Below, piece by piece: positions 17,174 to 26,055 of a stretch of 42,097 nt of DNA (its first letter is position 1; every line of letters starts with the position of its first letter). The translations under genes were made by a program, and so were the position numbers. The notes beneath the pieces were generated by a model that saw only the letters and a program-made list of their open reading frames with translations, ran no database searches and was not told the origin of the DNA. This DNA comes from a virus (Duplodnaviria > Caudoviricetes): the IMG/VR virus record IMGVR_UViG_3300033417_000024, positions 1 through 42,097 of that record; one strand, written 5' to 3'.

Positions 17174-17944
17174 TCATCCGTACAACTCGACGATCACGAT
17201 ACCGGGCCCCCCGGCCCCACCGGTACCTTCGGCGGTGGACTCGATGTTGGCTTGCCCGCCGCCACCGCCCCCGTAGTTGCCGCCCGCGGCGGCGGTAAGC
17301 GTCATCCGGGCGGTGTGGGCGCCACCGCCGAGGACCGCGGAACCACCGCTGCCGCCCATCGCCGCGTTGCCGCCGGTGGCCCGAGCCAGGACGGCTCCGG
17401 TACCACCACCGCCCTCGATCTGGATATCCCCGGCGGTAGCGAGCCCACCCTTGCCCGCCAGCGTGATCGCGGGGATAACGGCACCGGTCGCGCCGATGAA
17501 CCCGGCTCCGGCCCCACCGGCGGCAACCGCGTGGGCGCCGAACGACGAGGTACCACCCACCGACCCTCCGACCCCTCCGACCCCCCCGGCTCCGCCAGCC
17601 CCGACGGTCACCGACTCGGACGCACCGAGCGATGCGACGAGGATCAGCGACTCGGCGTACCCGCCTCCGCCGCCTCCACCACCGCCAGAGACCTGACCGG
17701 CGCCGGTAGTGGCCGCGCCCGCTCCGCCGCCTCCACCGGCCTGGACCCGAATCCGGGCCGCCCGCAGCCACGGGTAGTCGGCCTTGGTGAAGGTGCCGTT
17801 GCTGGTGAAGTACAGGACCTGCCGGAGGCCATGCTCGTGGAGATGAGCGTCGTGACGGGCCGCATTTAAGTACTGCGTGTGGTCGTCGTCGCCGAGGCCT
17901 CGGATCAGCCCATGGTCGACCTGGCGGTCAGGCCCTACGCCCAC
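17174..17944 (-). CDS. Glycine-rich tail fibre/minor tail protein
   Basis: GLGDDDHTQY motif; FTSNGTFTK...VQAGGGGG...GGPGIVIVELY Gly-rich domain; start uncertain. Confidence 0.8.
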   Translation of the reverse strand: MGVGPDRQVDHGLIRGLGDDDHTQYLNAARHDAHLHEHGLRQVLYFTSNGTFTKADYPWLRAARIRVQAGGGGGAGAATTGAGQVSGGGGGGGGGYAESLILVASLGASESVTVGAGGAGGVGGVGGSVGGTSSFGAHAVAAGGAGAGFIGATGAVIPAITLAGKGGLATAGDIQIEGGGGTGAVLARATGGNAAMGGSGGSAVLGGGAHTARMTLTAAAGGNYGGGGGGQANIESTAEGTGGAGGPGIVIVELYG

Positions 17945-19434
17945 TGGCGGAACGCCCACGCGGTGAGGGTGAACGTCGGGCTCCCCGTGTAGTTGACACC
18001 CTTGGCCCGGAGCCGGACCGGCATCACCGACCCGGTCATGGGTGTCACCGCTTCGACGTGGAGCGCTGACGGTGTCGCTGCCCGGTCGGCCAGGCTGATG
18101 GTGGGTGTCCCCGAGATCGAATGGTTCCCCGCACCGTGCGTGATCGGCGACCCGGTGTCGGGGTCAGCGAGCACCGTGGCGCCGACCGCCAGTCCCCCGA
18201 CGGAGCCGAATGCGTTCGGGTTCACGACCGCCACCTGCTGACCGTCGGTTGTGGACCGTCGGGGAACGATCCACAGTTCTTCGTTCTCGCCGAGGTCGGT
18301 GACGATGGCGTGGGCGAGGATGAACACCGTCACGTTCTCGGCCGAATACGGGAAGGTGAGCTCCTGGTCTATGACGGTCTCGTAGGACGAAGTCACCGCT
18401 TGAACGGCTGTCCACTGATTGTGGGCGAGGAGCACTCCGGGCATGGTCGCCTTGATCAACGCGACGATCTCGGCTGCGGTCTGATCCTTGGTCGCCGCGG
18501 TCTCGATCCCGTCGAGCTTCGACTTGTCGGCCGACGACATGAATCCCCGCACCGAGGGGGTCGCCTGAGGATGATCCGAGGTAGCCGTCGACCCCTTATG
18601 CGACAGGGGTGCGGCGCTGATCCCCGCCGCGGTGATCCCATGCGGATTCGACGCGGCCTCATGGTTGTCGATGTCGGCCTGGGCGACGTCGGCGACAGCG
18701 TCGGCGGCGGCGATCGCCGCATTGATCGTCGACAACTGGGTCCCGTCCAACAGGTCCGCGTTGAGTCCCGACCCGGCACCGTCGACCGTCTTGACCGCGG
18801 TCAAGATCTCGGCTGCGGTCTGATCCTTGGTCGCCGCGGTCTCGATCCCGTCGAGCTTCGACTTGTCGGCCGACGACATGAATCCCCGCACCGAGGGGGT
18901 CGCCTGAGGATGATCCGCCACCGCCGTCGACCCCTTGTGGGACAGGGGGGTGAACGCCCCATCGGCCCAGCCCTTCGTCGTCAGATGAGCCGCTGCCGTC
19001 GGCGCCACCCCCTCGACCTTTCCGGTGAACGCCCGAGTGCCATCCGCCTTCACATACTGGGTGTGGTCGTCGTCGCCGAGGCCGGCGAGGTCACCATGAT
19101 CCTGCGCGTCGATCCGGTCATGGAGATCCTCGAAATGCTGCGCCAACGGCGCCATCCGCACCACCGAACCGACCGGATGGGTGAGACCCGACCCGGCGGC
19201 GGATCCCGTCAGGTACCGTTTCCCGGTGCCGGTGGTCACGAAGGTGGTGGCCGTGAACGCCGCATCGAACAGGATGTATTCGCGTCGGGCGACGACCTCG
19301 GGTTCGATCACCAGATACGCCGGCGTCGCCAACGACGAGGTCGTCTGGACCGTCGCCGTCAGATCGGTGGGCCCCATCTGGGCGGTCAGCGTCGTCTCGA
19401 AGGCGTTGAGAAGGTTCGTCTCTTGCGCGGTCAT
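17935..19434 (-). CDS. Tail fibre protein, 499 aa
   Basis: GFMSSADKSKLDGI (twice), GSGLNADLLDG and GLGDDDHTQY fibre motifs. Confidence 0.88.
   Translation of the reverse strand: MTAQETNLLNAFETTLTAQMGPTDLTATVQTTSSLATPAYLVIEPEVVARREYILFDAAFTATTFVTTGTGKRYLTGSAAGSGLTHPVGSVVRMAPLAQHFEDLHDRIDAQDHGDLAGLGDDDHTQYVKADGTRAFTGKVEGVAPTAAAHLTTKGWADGAFTPLSHKGSTAVADHPQATPSVRGFMSSADKSKLDGIETAATKDQTAAEILTAVKTVDGAGSGLNADLLDGTQLSTINAAIAAADAVADVAQADIDNHEAASNPHGITAAGISAAPLSHKGSTATSDHPQATPSVRGFMSSADKSKLDGIETAATKDQTAAEIVALIKATMPGVLLAHNQWTAVQAVTSSYETVIDQELTFPYSAENVTVFILAHAIVTDLGENEELWIVPRRSTTDGQQVAVVNPNAFGSVGGLAVGATVLADPDTGSPITHGAGNHSISGTPTISLADRAATPSALHVEAVTPMTGSVMPVRLRAKGVNYTGSPTFTLTAWAFRQWA
18466..18917. repeat. 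113-bp perfect direct repeat within the tail fibre gene (18466-18578 = 18805-18917)
   Basis: Identical nucleotide sequence, offset 339 bp (in frame). Confidence 0.92.
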
Positions 19435-21368
19435 TCGACTCCCCCGAGGCTGGTGACGCCGAGCACGACTGATCCGAGCGAGGCGACCCCGGCAGCCGCA
19501 GACAACGGATTCTCTCGGAGCCCACGCACAGTCACCATGGCCGCGATCGTAACGGACCCGCGTTCAGTCCTGGTGCGTATCGGGACACTCACCGATTCGA
19601 CGATCCCCCGCACCCGGGTAGGGGGACGGAACAGCTCGACGGCCTTGGGTTTGCCCTCCATCTCCTTGAGTGCGGCCCATATCTGCTCCCCGTGACCGTT
19701 GAGGCGCACCCGACGCCGGTTCGGCCGCTCGACCTGATCCGAGACGTTGATCGGAAGTTGGAGGATCACGTCGTTGAAGCCGGGGAACGCCCGGAACGCG
19801 CAGCCCCGCACCCGCGGCGAGGTGGCCGCGTCGACGGAGGCGAGCAGCTCGATCTTGCCGGCAAGCCACCGGGCCTCGGTGTTGGCGATCGCCACCTCGT
19901 CCCCACCGACACCGCTGGCGAGTTCGATGAGTTCGACCCACGCCCCCGACGCCGCATCCTCGAGGACCTCGGGATCCGTCGCGTAGTAGAGACGGGCTGC
20001 CTCATTCGATGTGATCTGCCGGACCCACAGCCGTCCCCCGATCCACTGCTTGTTCCGGGCGGTGAAGAAGTCGGCGAGCGGTGTCATCAACCACCCGGAG
20101 GTCGCGTAGGTGGTGGCCTCCCGGTGAAGCCCACCCGAGGCGAGGGTGACGAACAGGCGTTCGTTGTCGACGGCGATCCCGCCGGGCCGGGCGGAGACTC
20201 CGAAGATCAGGTCACGGCTGACCGCGGTCGTCACAAAGTCGTAGCGCCACAGGTGCGTCTCGGACCCATCTTCGACCACCCCGACGTAGACGTGGTCACG
20301 GGTGACGAGCATCTTCGAGGGATCATGGTCGACGGTCTCGGCTCCCGAGCCCCACTGGCGGAGCACCTGCCCCGCCTCGAGGACGAACGCATCCGACAGC
20401 ACCGCCCGCCACCAGCGGGCGATCTTCCCGCCGGCGGCGACGCTCTGGATCGTCGAATAGAACACGAATCCTTGGGCGGCGATGATCGACCGGGGCTTCT
20501 CGCCCTCCACCCGGGTCTGCGCCTTGAGTACCAGCTGGCCCGACTCCTCGGCGAAGGCGTAGATGTACCCGTCGGATCCGGCGGCGAGGATCGCGGCGCC
20601 GGCGTCACAGATGTCCTCCCATGTCTGACCTGACGGGAGGGTATGAAGCAGCGTCGAGCCGGCTGCCGCTGCCGCCTCGTAGAGGGCGGCTCCGGTCGAG
20701 GCGAGGACCCGGGCCTTCACCCCCCACAGCCGAGTCGCAGCCAGATCAGACCAATGCGCCCACGTCCCGCCGCTGCTCCTGTTGTGGATCCCATTGGTGG
20801 TGATCGCCGCGTACAGCTCGTCACCGAGAACCGCCAGGTCGAGGACCGCCTGGTCGCCTTCGGCGGCGTGGGGATCCTCGTTGTTGATCGTCGGTGACCC
20901 CACCGTCGGATCGGCGGTGTTGAGCACGTCGTTGCCGTTGATCCAGAACAGCCGTCCCCCGATCTGTGCCAGGCTCGGGAAGGTGTCGGTGCCGGTCGAT
21001 CCGACCGCGGCGGTGGCGCGCAGCAGCCGGATCTCCTGGACGGACCCTTCGACCCGGCGGATGTCGACATTGCGTGAATCCCAGTACCGGGTGAGATCCC
21101 GTTCGGTGGCGTCCCGCTGATGCGCCTGGTCCAAGCCGGCGCCGCCGGTGAAATCCACCTTGGAGAACGTCTTGCCGAACGACTCGCCGAAGTCCTCCGG
21201 GTTGACCTCGGTGGTGAAGCGGTCGGGTTGCGGCGGCGCCGTCTCATCGGTGGCAGGCTGTTGGGGACTGGCCGCGAGACGGAAGTACAGGTCGCCGATG
21301 AACCCGTCATACCCCTTGGCGCGTGGGCGGTCGACGGTCGCCTTTGTGGGCAGCGTGAACTGCGCCAT
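19431..21368 (-). CDS. Putative tail nozzle (tail tubular B/head-closure beta-propeller)
   Basis: 645 aa, beta-propeller-like; DFTGGAG near the N terminus; lies between adaptor and fibre genes. Confidence 0.7.
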   Translation of the reverse strand: MAQFTLPTKATVDRPRAKGYDGFIGDLYFRLAASPQQPATDETAPPQPDRFTTEVNPEDFGESFGKTFSKVDFTGGAGLDQAHQRDATERDLTRYWDSRNVDIRRVEGSVQEIRLLRATAAVGSTGTDTFPSLAQIGGRLFWINGNDVLNTADPTVGSPTINNEDPHAAEGDQAVLDLAVLGDELYAAITTNGIHNRSSGGTWAHWSDLAATRLWGVKARVLASTGAALYEAAAAAGSTLLHTLPSGQTWEDICDAGAAILAAGSDGYIYAFAEESGQLVLKAQTRVEGEKPRSIIAAQGFVFYSTIQSVAAGGKIARWWRAVLSDAFVLEAGQVLRQWGSGAETVDHDPSKMLVTRDHVYVGVVEDGSETHLWRYDFVTTAVSRDLIFGVSARPGGIAVDNERLFVTLASGGLHREATTYATSGWLMTPLADFFTARNKQWIGGRLWVRQITSNEAARLYYATDPEVLEDAASGAWVELIELASGVGGDEVAIANTEARWLAGKIELLASVDAATSPRVRGCAFRAFPGFNDVILQLPINVSDQVERPNRRRVRLNGHGEQIWAALKEMEGKPKAVELFRPPTRVRGIVESVSVPIRTRTERGSVTIAAMVTVRGLRENPLSAAAGVASLGSVVLGVTSLGGVE

Positions 21369-22276
21369 CAGAGCCCCTTGAAACCGGGCCAGGGATCCGC
21401 AGTCACCGCGTCGGACGGATCCCGGGCGACGAGACGCCGGGAATCCCGGTCGAGGAGCAGCTGACGGTAGGTGAGCAGCGAGTTCCTGAGCCGCTCCCCC
21501 GACCCGACCGGGAATCCCTGCCGTTCGAGCGCCTCTGTGATGAACTCCTGCGTCTTGGCGTCGACGTCGAACCCGGAGACGAGGTAGGAGACCGCCGAGA
21601 CGATGAGCACCTGCGCGTAGGAGGCGCTGAACCCGATCGACGCGCCCTCGAGATCATCGCTCTCCGCGGCAGGGATCCCGAAGGACGCCTTGTAGCGGAG
21701 CAGGTTGCGGTCGCCGAAGGGGTGACGGAGCCGGGCAGAGATGCCGGTCGATGAGTCCGGGTCGTCGTGGGTGATGTCGAAACCGCCCCCCGGCTTCCAT
21801 CCGGCTCCGTCGTGGTACTTCGACTCCAGGGCACCCCACGCGTCGGCAGGCAGCTCCCACACTTCGCTCCACGCCTCCTCCGCCTTGACCCGATACAGCG
21901 GGGGGTGAAGGCCTGCGAGCTCGTTGACGACCGCGTCGAACACCGCCTGGCGGGTCAACCCGGGGGCGACGAAGATCTTCGCCCCGGCGGCATGAGAGGC
22001 GGCGGTGGTCCCGAACTGCCCGCGCTCGAGGCCCGACAGCTCATTGGTGGACGAGTCGACCCCGCCGACGATCATCAATTCCCGGCCGACTTCGATGATC
22101 GACCCGACGTCGAGGAGGTCCACCTCCTCGGGGAGCATCAGGTCGTCGCGGTACGTCAGCTCGGTGTCGCTGTCGGTGATGCCGGTCTCAAGGAGCGTGT
22201 ACGACGGGTAGTCGTCGGCAGGTGTCAGATACTCCCGGTAGATCCTGTCAATCAGCGAGGAGACGAGCAGTGTCAT
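21368..22276 (-). CDS. Putative head-tail adaptor (tail tubular A-like)
   Basis: 302 aa; RGQFGTTAASHAAGA motif; synteny. Confidence 0.65.
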   Translation of the reverse strand: MTLLVSSLIDRIYREYLTPADDYPSYTLLETGITDSDTELTYRDDLMLPEEVDLLDVGSIIEVGRELMIVGGVDSSTNELSGLERGQFGTTAASHAAGAKIFVAPGLTRQAVFDAVVNELAGLHPPLYRVKAEEAWSEVWELPADAWGALESKYHDGAGWKPGGGFDITHDDPDSSTGISARLRHPFGDRNLLRYKASFGIPAAESDDLEGASIGFSASYAQVLIVSAVSYLVSGFDVDAKTQEFITEALERQGFPVGSGERLRNSLLTYRQLLLDRDSRRLVARDPSDAVTADPWPGFKGL

Positions 22277-22596
22277 TACGCGTCGTCCAGGTCACCGAAG
22301 ATGAGCACCCGGTCGAACCCCTGGACCGGCAGCGACCGCTTGGTCCCGTCACCGAAGGTGACGACCCATTCGACATAGAACATCCCGGCGGTGTCGGTGT
22401 CGCCGGCCTGCCAGGCGTAGGAGACGGTGCCGGTGGCGGCGTCGGTGATGGTGGCGGCCCCCAGGTCGACCTTGATCTCCCCGTTGGTGTCGTCGCGCAT
22501 CAGCATGGCGACGGTCGCCCCGGTCAGGTCGACACCGAGAACCGATGTCAGCGCCGGCGCGGTGTCGTTGCGCTTGATCTGCGTGACCGTGGACAC
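22276..22596 (-). CDS. BppU-N-like Ig-fold structural protein
   Basis: IKRNDTAP...VDLTGATV...GTVSYAWQAGDTDTAG..VEWVVTF; GTG start 6 nt after TACGAT. Confidence 0.8.
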   Translation of the reverse strand: MSTVTQIKRNDTAPALTSVLGVDLTGATVAMLMRDDTNGEIKVDLGAATITDAATGTVSYAWQAGDTDTAGMFYVEWVVTFGDGTKRSLPVQGFDRVLIFGDLDDA

Positions 22597-22613
22597 ATCG
22601 GAATCGTAGACGA

Positions 22614-22639
22614 GAGAGGGGCCCGGACGGGCCCCTCTC
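22614..22639 (-). terminator. Terminator-like hairpin after the capsid/head-fibre genes
   Basis: 11-bp perfect stem GAGAGGGGCCC/GGGCCCCTCTC, 4-nt loop, short pyrimidine tail on the - strand. Confidence 0.65.
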
Positions 22640-22660
22640 ACTCACCCCTGGCAGGGAGCT

Positions 22661-23956
22661 CTACCCGACGGCGATCTCCAGGTACGCGGTGACATCCGCG
22701 AACTCGGTGGTGCCATCCTCATTGACGACCACCACCACCAGCTCGTCACCGGCGGCCACCGCCAGCGACAACCCGGTGATCCGGTCGATGAAGTCGGCCG
22801 CCGTCCACGTCACATGGGCGTAGGTGCCCTGGGTGACGTTGATGACCGTCAACTCGGTGTCGTTGTTGGCCGCCGAAGCAACCAATCCGTGGAACGTGAT
22901 CGCGCTGAGAGTCCCGTCGTAGGGCACCGGGACTCCCTGACCGACGTCGACCGGCAACACCCAGATCTGGCTGAGCAGCGGCTGGGTGGTGTTGTACACG
23001 TCGTCGGCGGATGCGATGAACCGCACGAAGAACGCCGACGGCCCACCGTCGACGGTCGTCGCCGCCCAGTCGGCGGGGATCTTGAACGACACCACATAGG
23101 TGCTGGTCCCCGCGGTGAACTCGACGGAGTCGTCGATCACTTCGGTGAGCGGCTCCCAGGAGTCGCCATCCCAGTACTCCCATGCGGTCTCCGCAGCGGT
23201 GGCGTCACCGGCACCGGCGGTGCCGACCTTGACCACCACCGCGAAGAACTCCGAGCTGTACCCGATGTACAGCGCGTCGGAGGTGTCGAACGGGTCGGGG
23301 ATCTCGACGTCGTTGGCGGTCCCCTCCGCAGCATCCGCGGTCTCGTCGACGAACGTCGTCGCCGAGTTGTCCTCCTGGGTGACGTCGGTGCCCGCGGTGT
23401 CGGTGATCGCACCGACCATCACCCCGTCGGCTCCTGCCCCGCCCCGCACCGCCAGGGTGCCGGGGATCGACAGGACGTAGGGCAAGGTGATCAGCATCGA
23501 CTGCTCATCCACCGCGTCGTCCGCCATCATCCCGACCGTGACCTTCTGGGCCCCGATCGTCACCGCCCCGTTGGCGGCGAGCGTGACGTCCCCCGAGATC
23601 GCCACCGAGGCCAGGTCGGTGCCGTCACCGACGAGGACCTGACCCGAGGCGCCGGCGGCGAGAGCCGCGGCGACACCGGAGGCGTTGCCCTGGAGGATCG
23701 AACCCTCCGCGAGCACGACCTCCGAGGCGGCGACCCCACCCAGGGGGTTCCAGACCGGGGACGCCACCGTCCCCGCGTTCTTGTACCGCTCCCCGGTATC
23801 CGCGGCGACGATCACCGAGCCGATCGGCGCCTCGTCGGCGCCATCGACACCGTCGGTGGGTGCCGTGTCGGCCACGGCGTAGATGAAGCCCTCGAGTGCC
23901 TTCCGCAACTCCCGGTTGACCCCGAGGAGGTCACGGATCTTGGTCAAAGATGCCAT
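22661..23956 (-). CDS. Putative head fibre/decoration protein, 431 aa
   Basis: Follows the major capsid gene; GQVLVG/ISGDVT shaft-like repeats; acidic beta domain shared with 14359-15096. Confidence 0.65.
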   Translation of the reverse strand: MASLTKIRDLLGVNRELRKALEGFIYAVADTAPTDGVDGADEAPIGSVIVAADTGERYKNAGTVASPVWNPLGGVAASEVVLAEGSILQGNASGVAAALAAGASGQVLVGDGTDLASVAISGDVTLAANGAVTIGAQKVTVGMMADDAVDEQSMLITLPYVLSIPGTLAVRGGAGADGVMVGAITDTAGTDVTQEDNSATTFVDETADAAEGTANDVEIPDPFDTSDALYIGYSSEFFAVVVKVGTAGAGDATAAETAWEYWDGDSWEPLTEVIDDSVEFTAGTSTYVVSFKIPADWAATTVDGGPSAFFVRFIASADDVYNTTQPLLSQIWVLPVDVGQGVPVPYDGTLSAITFHGLVASAANNDTELTVINVTQGTYAHVTWTAADFIDRITGLSLAVAAGDELVVVVVNEDGTTEFADVTAYLEIAVG

Positions 23957-23965
23957 GGCCGCCTC

Positions 23966-24916
23966 CTAGCTGGTCGTGAGGTTGGTGATCTTGCCGTGCC
24001 AGATCTCGGGCCCGTGCTCGAGACCGGCCTCGCCGTAGATCTGGAAGTTCACCGAGGCCCCGGTGTGGGCGACTTCCTCGGAGAAGAAGTGACCCTTCAT
24101 CGGGACCGTCATGAACCGCGGGACGCACACCGACAGGTCGAACACACCGAACTGCGCCGCCGGCATGTGCCGGTCCAGCACGACGCCGAGGGCGGCGAAG
24201 TCGGTCTCGATCTGGTTGATGTTCAGACCGCCGACGTTGCGCGACTCGGGGGCGTACCCGTAGATCTCCGAGAGCTTCATCTTCTGCCAGGCGTTGACGA
24301 AGATCACCGGGTTACGGAACGGCGCACCGTTGTCGTACATCGTCTTGAGCAGCGAGTCGACCCGCGCCTTGGTCAGGGGCGCCGAGCTGGCGTTCACGAC
24401 GTTGGTCGTGGTCGCGGTCAGGATGCCCCTCGTCTTGCGCGCGGTGGTGTTGTCGTTCGGATCCGCGAAGGTGCCCTGGAGGAACGAGTACTCCATGTCC
24501 CGGGCGGCCCGTTCGACCTTGAGCCGCTGCTGGAATGCCAGTTCGTTCTGGACGGGCTGGTTCCCGAGGATCGACACGGACGAAATCGCAGGCGAGGCGC
24601 CACCCGAGCCCAGCTGCCCCTTGGCGCCGAGCTTGGTGTAGCTGACCCTCCAGCCGTACTGGAAGATCTGCGTGACGTTCTTGAGCTGCGACCGGACCCG
24701 CTCTGCGTAGACCGGGTCGTCACCCTCGAGGATGGCCGGCTGCGCCGCCGCGGCGTTGTCGACCGTCTGGAAGGTGAACTCCTTGGCATCACAGGGGACG
24801 CCCCCCGTCATGCCGCCGATCATCGAGAGGAACGGCGTCTCTGACGGCGTGAGGTAGAACAGCTCCCCAACATGGTTGGGGAGGTCGAACGTCAAGCCGT
24901 CGGTGATGGCTGCCAT
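23966..24916 (-). CDS. Major capsid protein (SU10/DUF5309-like)
   Basis: 316 aa; ETPFLSMIG, NVTQIF, RDMEYSFLQG, RKTRGI, ETDF and GEAGLEHGPE..HGKI motifs. Confidence 0.92.
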   Translation of the reverse strand: MAAITDGLTFDLPNHVGELFYLTPSETPFLSMIGGMTGGVPCDAKEFTFQTVDNAAAAQPAILEGDDPVYAERVRSQLKNVTQIFQYGWRVSYTKLGAKGQLGSGGASPAISSVSILGNQPVQNELAFQQRLKVERAARDMEYSFLQGTFADPNDNTTARKTRGILTATTTNVVNASSAPLTKARVDSLLKTMYDNGAPFRNPVIFVNAWQKMKLSEIYGYAPESRNVGGLNINQIETDFAALGVVLDRHMPAAQFGVFDLSVCVPRFMTVPMKGHFFSEEVAHTGASVNFQIYGEAGLEHGPEIWHGKITNLTTS

Positions 24917-24939
24917 GCGTTACCTCTCTGGTTGGCTGA

Positions 24940-25404
24940 CTATCGGTTCCGAGGCGAGAGGGGGTTGATCTTCTCCGCCTTGAGAGCCTGCGCCGTGCCC
25001 CAGTCACCCTCCGCCTCCGCCTTGGCGATCCGGGCGTCGAGGCTCTTCTCCTCGTCGCCCGGCGTCGGCGTCTCGGGGAGTCGGTCGAGTCGGCCGTCGA
25101 GGGCGGCGGTGACTTCCCCTGCCTGCTCCTCGGGGGTGAGCGCCTTCTCCTCCTCGGCCTTGGCCTCGGGCACGAAGTCGTACTCCTCCTTGGCGAAGGC
25201 GAGGATGGCCTCCTTGGACATCTCCCCGTCGTACACCTGGACGATCGCCTTGCCGATCCCCTTGTCGGGGCTGATGCCGGCAAGCTCGAATGCCTGGGTC
25301 CGAACCGTCCCCTCGAGCTCCTCGATCTTCGAGGCCTGTCGCTCGATGGTGGCTCGCAAGGCTGCCGGCTCCTGCTCGGTCGGCGTATCGGTCTTGGTGG
25401 TCAT
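24940..25404 (-). CDS. Capsid scaffolding protein
   Basis: Acidic and helical; directly upstream of the capsid gene; AAGGAG RBS; IAKAEAEGDW C-terminal motif. Confidence 0.8.
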   Translation of the reverse strand: MTTKTDTPTEQEPAALRATIERQASKIEELEGTVRTQAFELAGISPDKGIGKAIVQVYDGEMSKEAILAFAKEEYDFVPEAKAEEEKALTPEEQAGEVTAALDGRLDRLPETPTPGDEEKSLDARIAKAEAEGDWGTAQALKAEKINPLSPRNR

Positions 25405-25654
25405 GCGCCTGCTCTCCTTCGTCTCCCCATGGCGGGATTCATGCGGCCGCTGGGGGAACGGCGCGCGAGCCCGGCGACAGTGAACGCGAGAGAATGTGCC
25501 GGTCTGGAGGAGCCTGTCTGCCACGCTCCTATGCCCAGGGGCACGAGGTACGCACGGCTGTTACGTCGCTCGGGGCCGCCGTGGGAAGCCCTCGAGGGTC
25601 GTCCCGCTCATTTCCCCGACTCGGGGAGACGGGAGCGAGTCACCGTCGGTGGTC

Positions 25655-25684
25655 AATCTATGCGCCCGCGGTGGCCGCCGTCAA
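25655..25684 (-). promoter_or_regulatory. Sigma70/SigA-type promoter for the scaffold-capsid operon
   Basis: TTGACG-N18-TAGATT on the - strand. Confidence 0.75.
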
Positions 25685-25689
25685 GTACC

Positions 25690-25797
25690 CGCGCGCGATC
25701 GCGCGCGAAAATCCGCGCGCCGGTGGGCAGCGGACGCAATTGGCAATTGGCGATCCGGCAGGCGGGGGCGCGGAATATCGCGCGCGATCGCGCGCGA
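25690..25797. repeat. Large imperfect inverted repeat made of two (CG)4AT(CG)4 palindromes
   Basis: Palindromes at 25690-25707 and 25778-25797; 30-bp arms with 3 mismatches; central GCAATTG-GCAATTG. Confidence 0.9.
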
Positions 25798-25817
25798 GGA
25801 ATCGACGGCAGGTTCCC

Positions 25818-26026
25818 CTAGAACCTCCGAGGACGGCGACGTCGGCCGGTCCAGTGGAAGGGGACGACCTCGTCGGAGTAGTCGTCGGGGTGGACGATCT
25901 CGAACAGGCAGTTCCATCGCAGCCGCCATGCCGCCGGCGACCTGCGGGCCTCGAGGCAGAGGTACTGGCGCCCCGTCGGCGACTCGAAGACCCCGGCTCG
26001 ATCAGCTCGAAGCCGGTCATGGTCAT
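25818..26026 (-). pseudogene. Small gene broken by a 1-nt frameshift
   Basis: MTMTGFELIEPG is in one frame and VFESPTGRQYLCLE...HWTG in another; the switch is at a G4 run (25991-25994). Confidence 0.55.
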
Positions 26027-26055
26027 TGTTCTGGTGGCCCCCGGCGGGAGCGCGG

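Noticed and set aside
18466-18917. Fibre repeat as a DGR template/variable pair
   Set aside because: The core copies are identical with no adenine-specific variation, both are coding, and there is no reverse transcriptase
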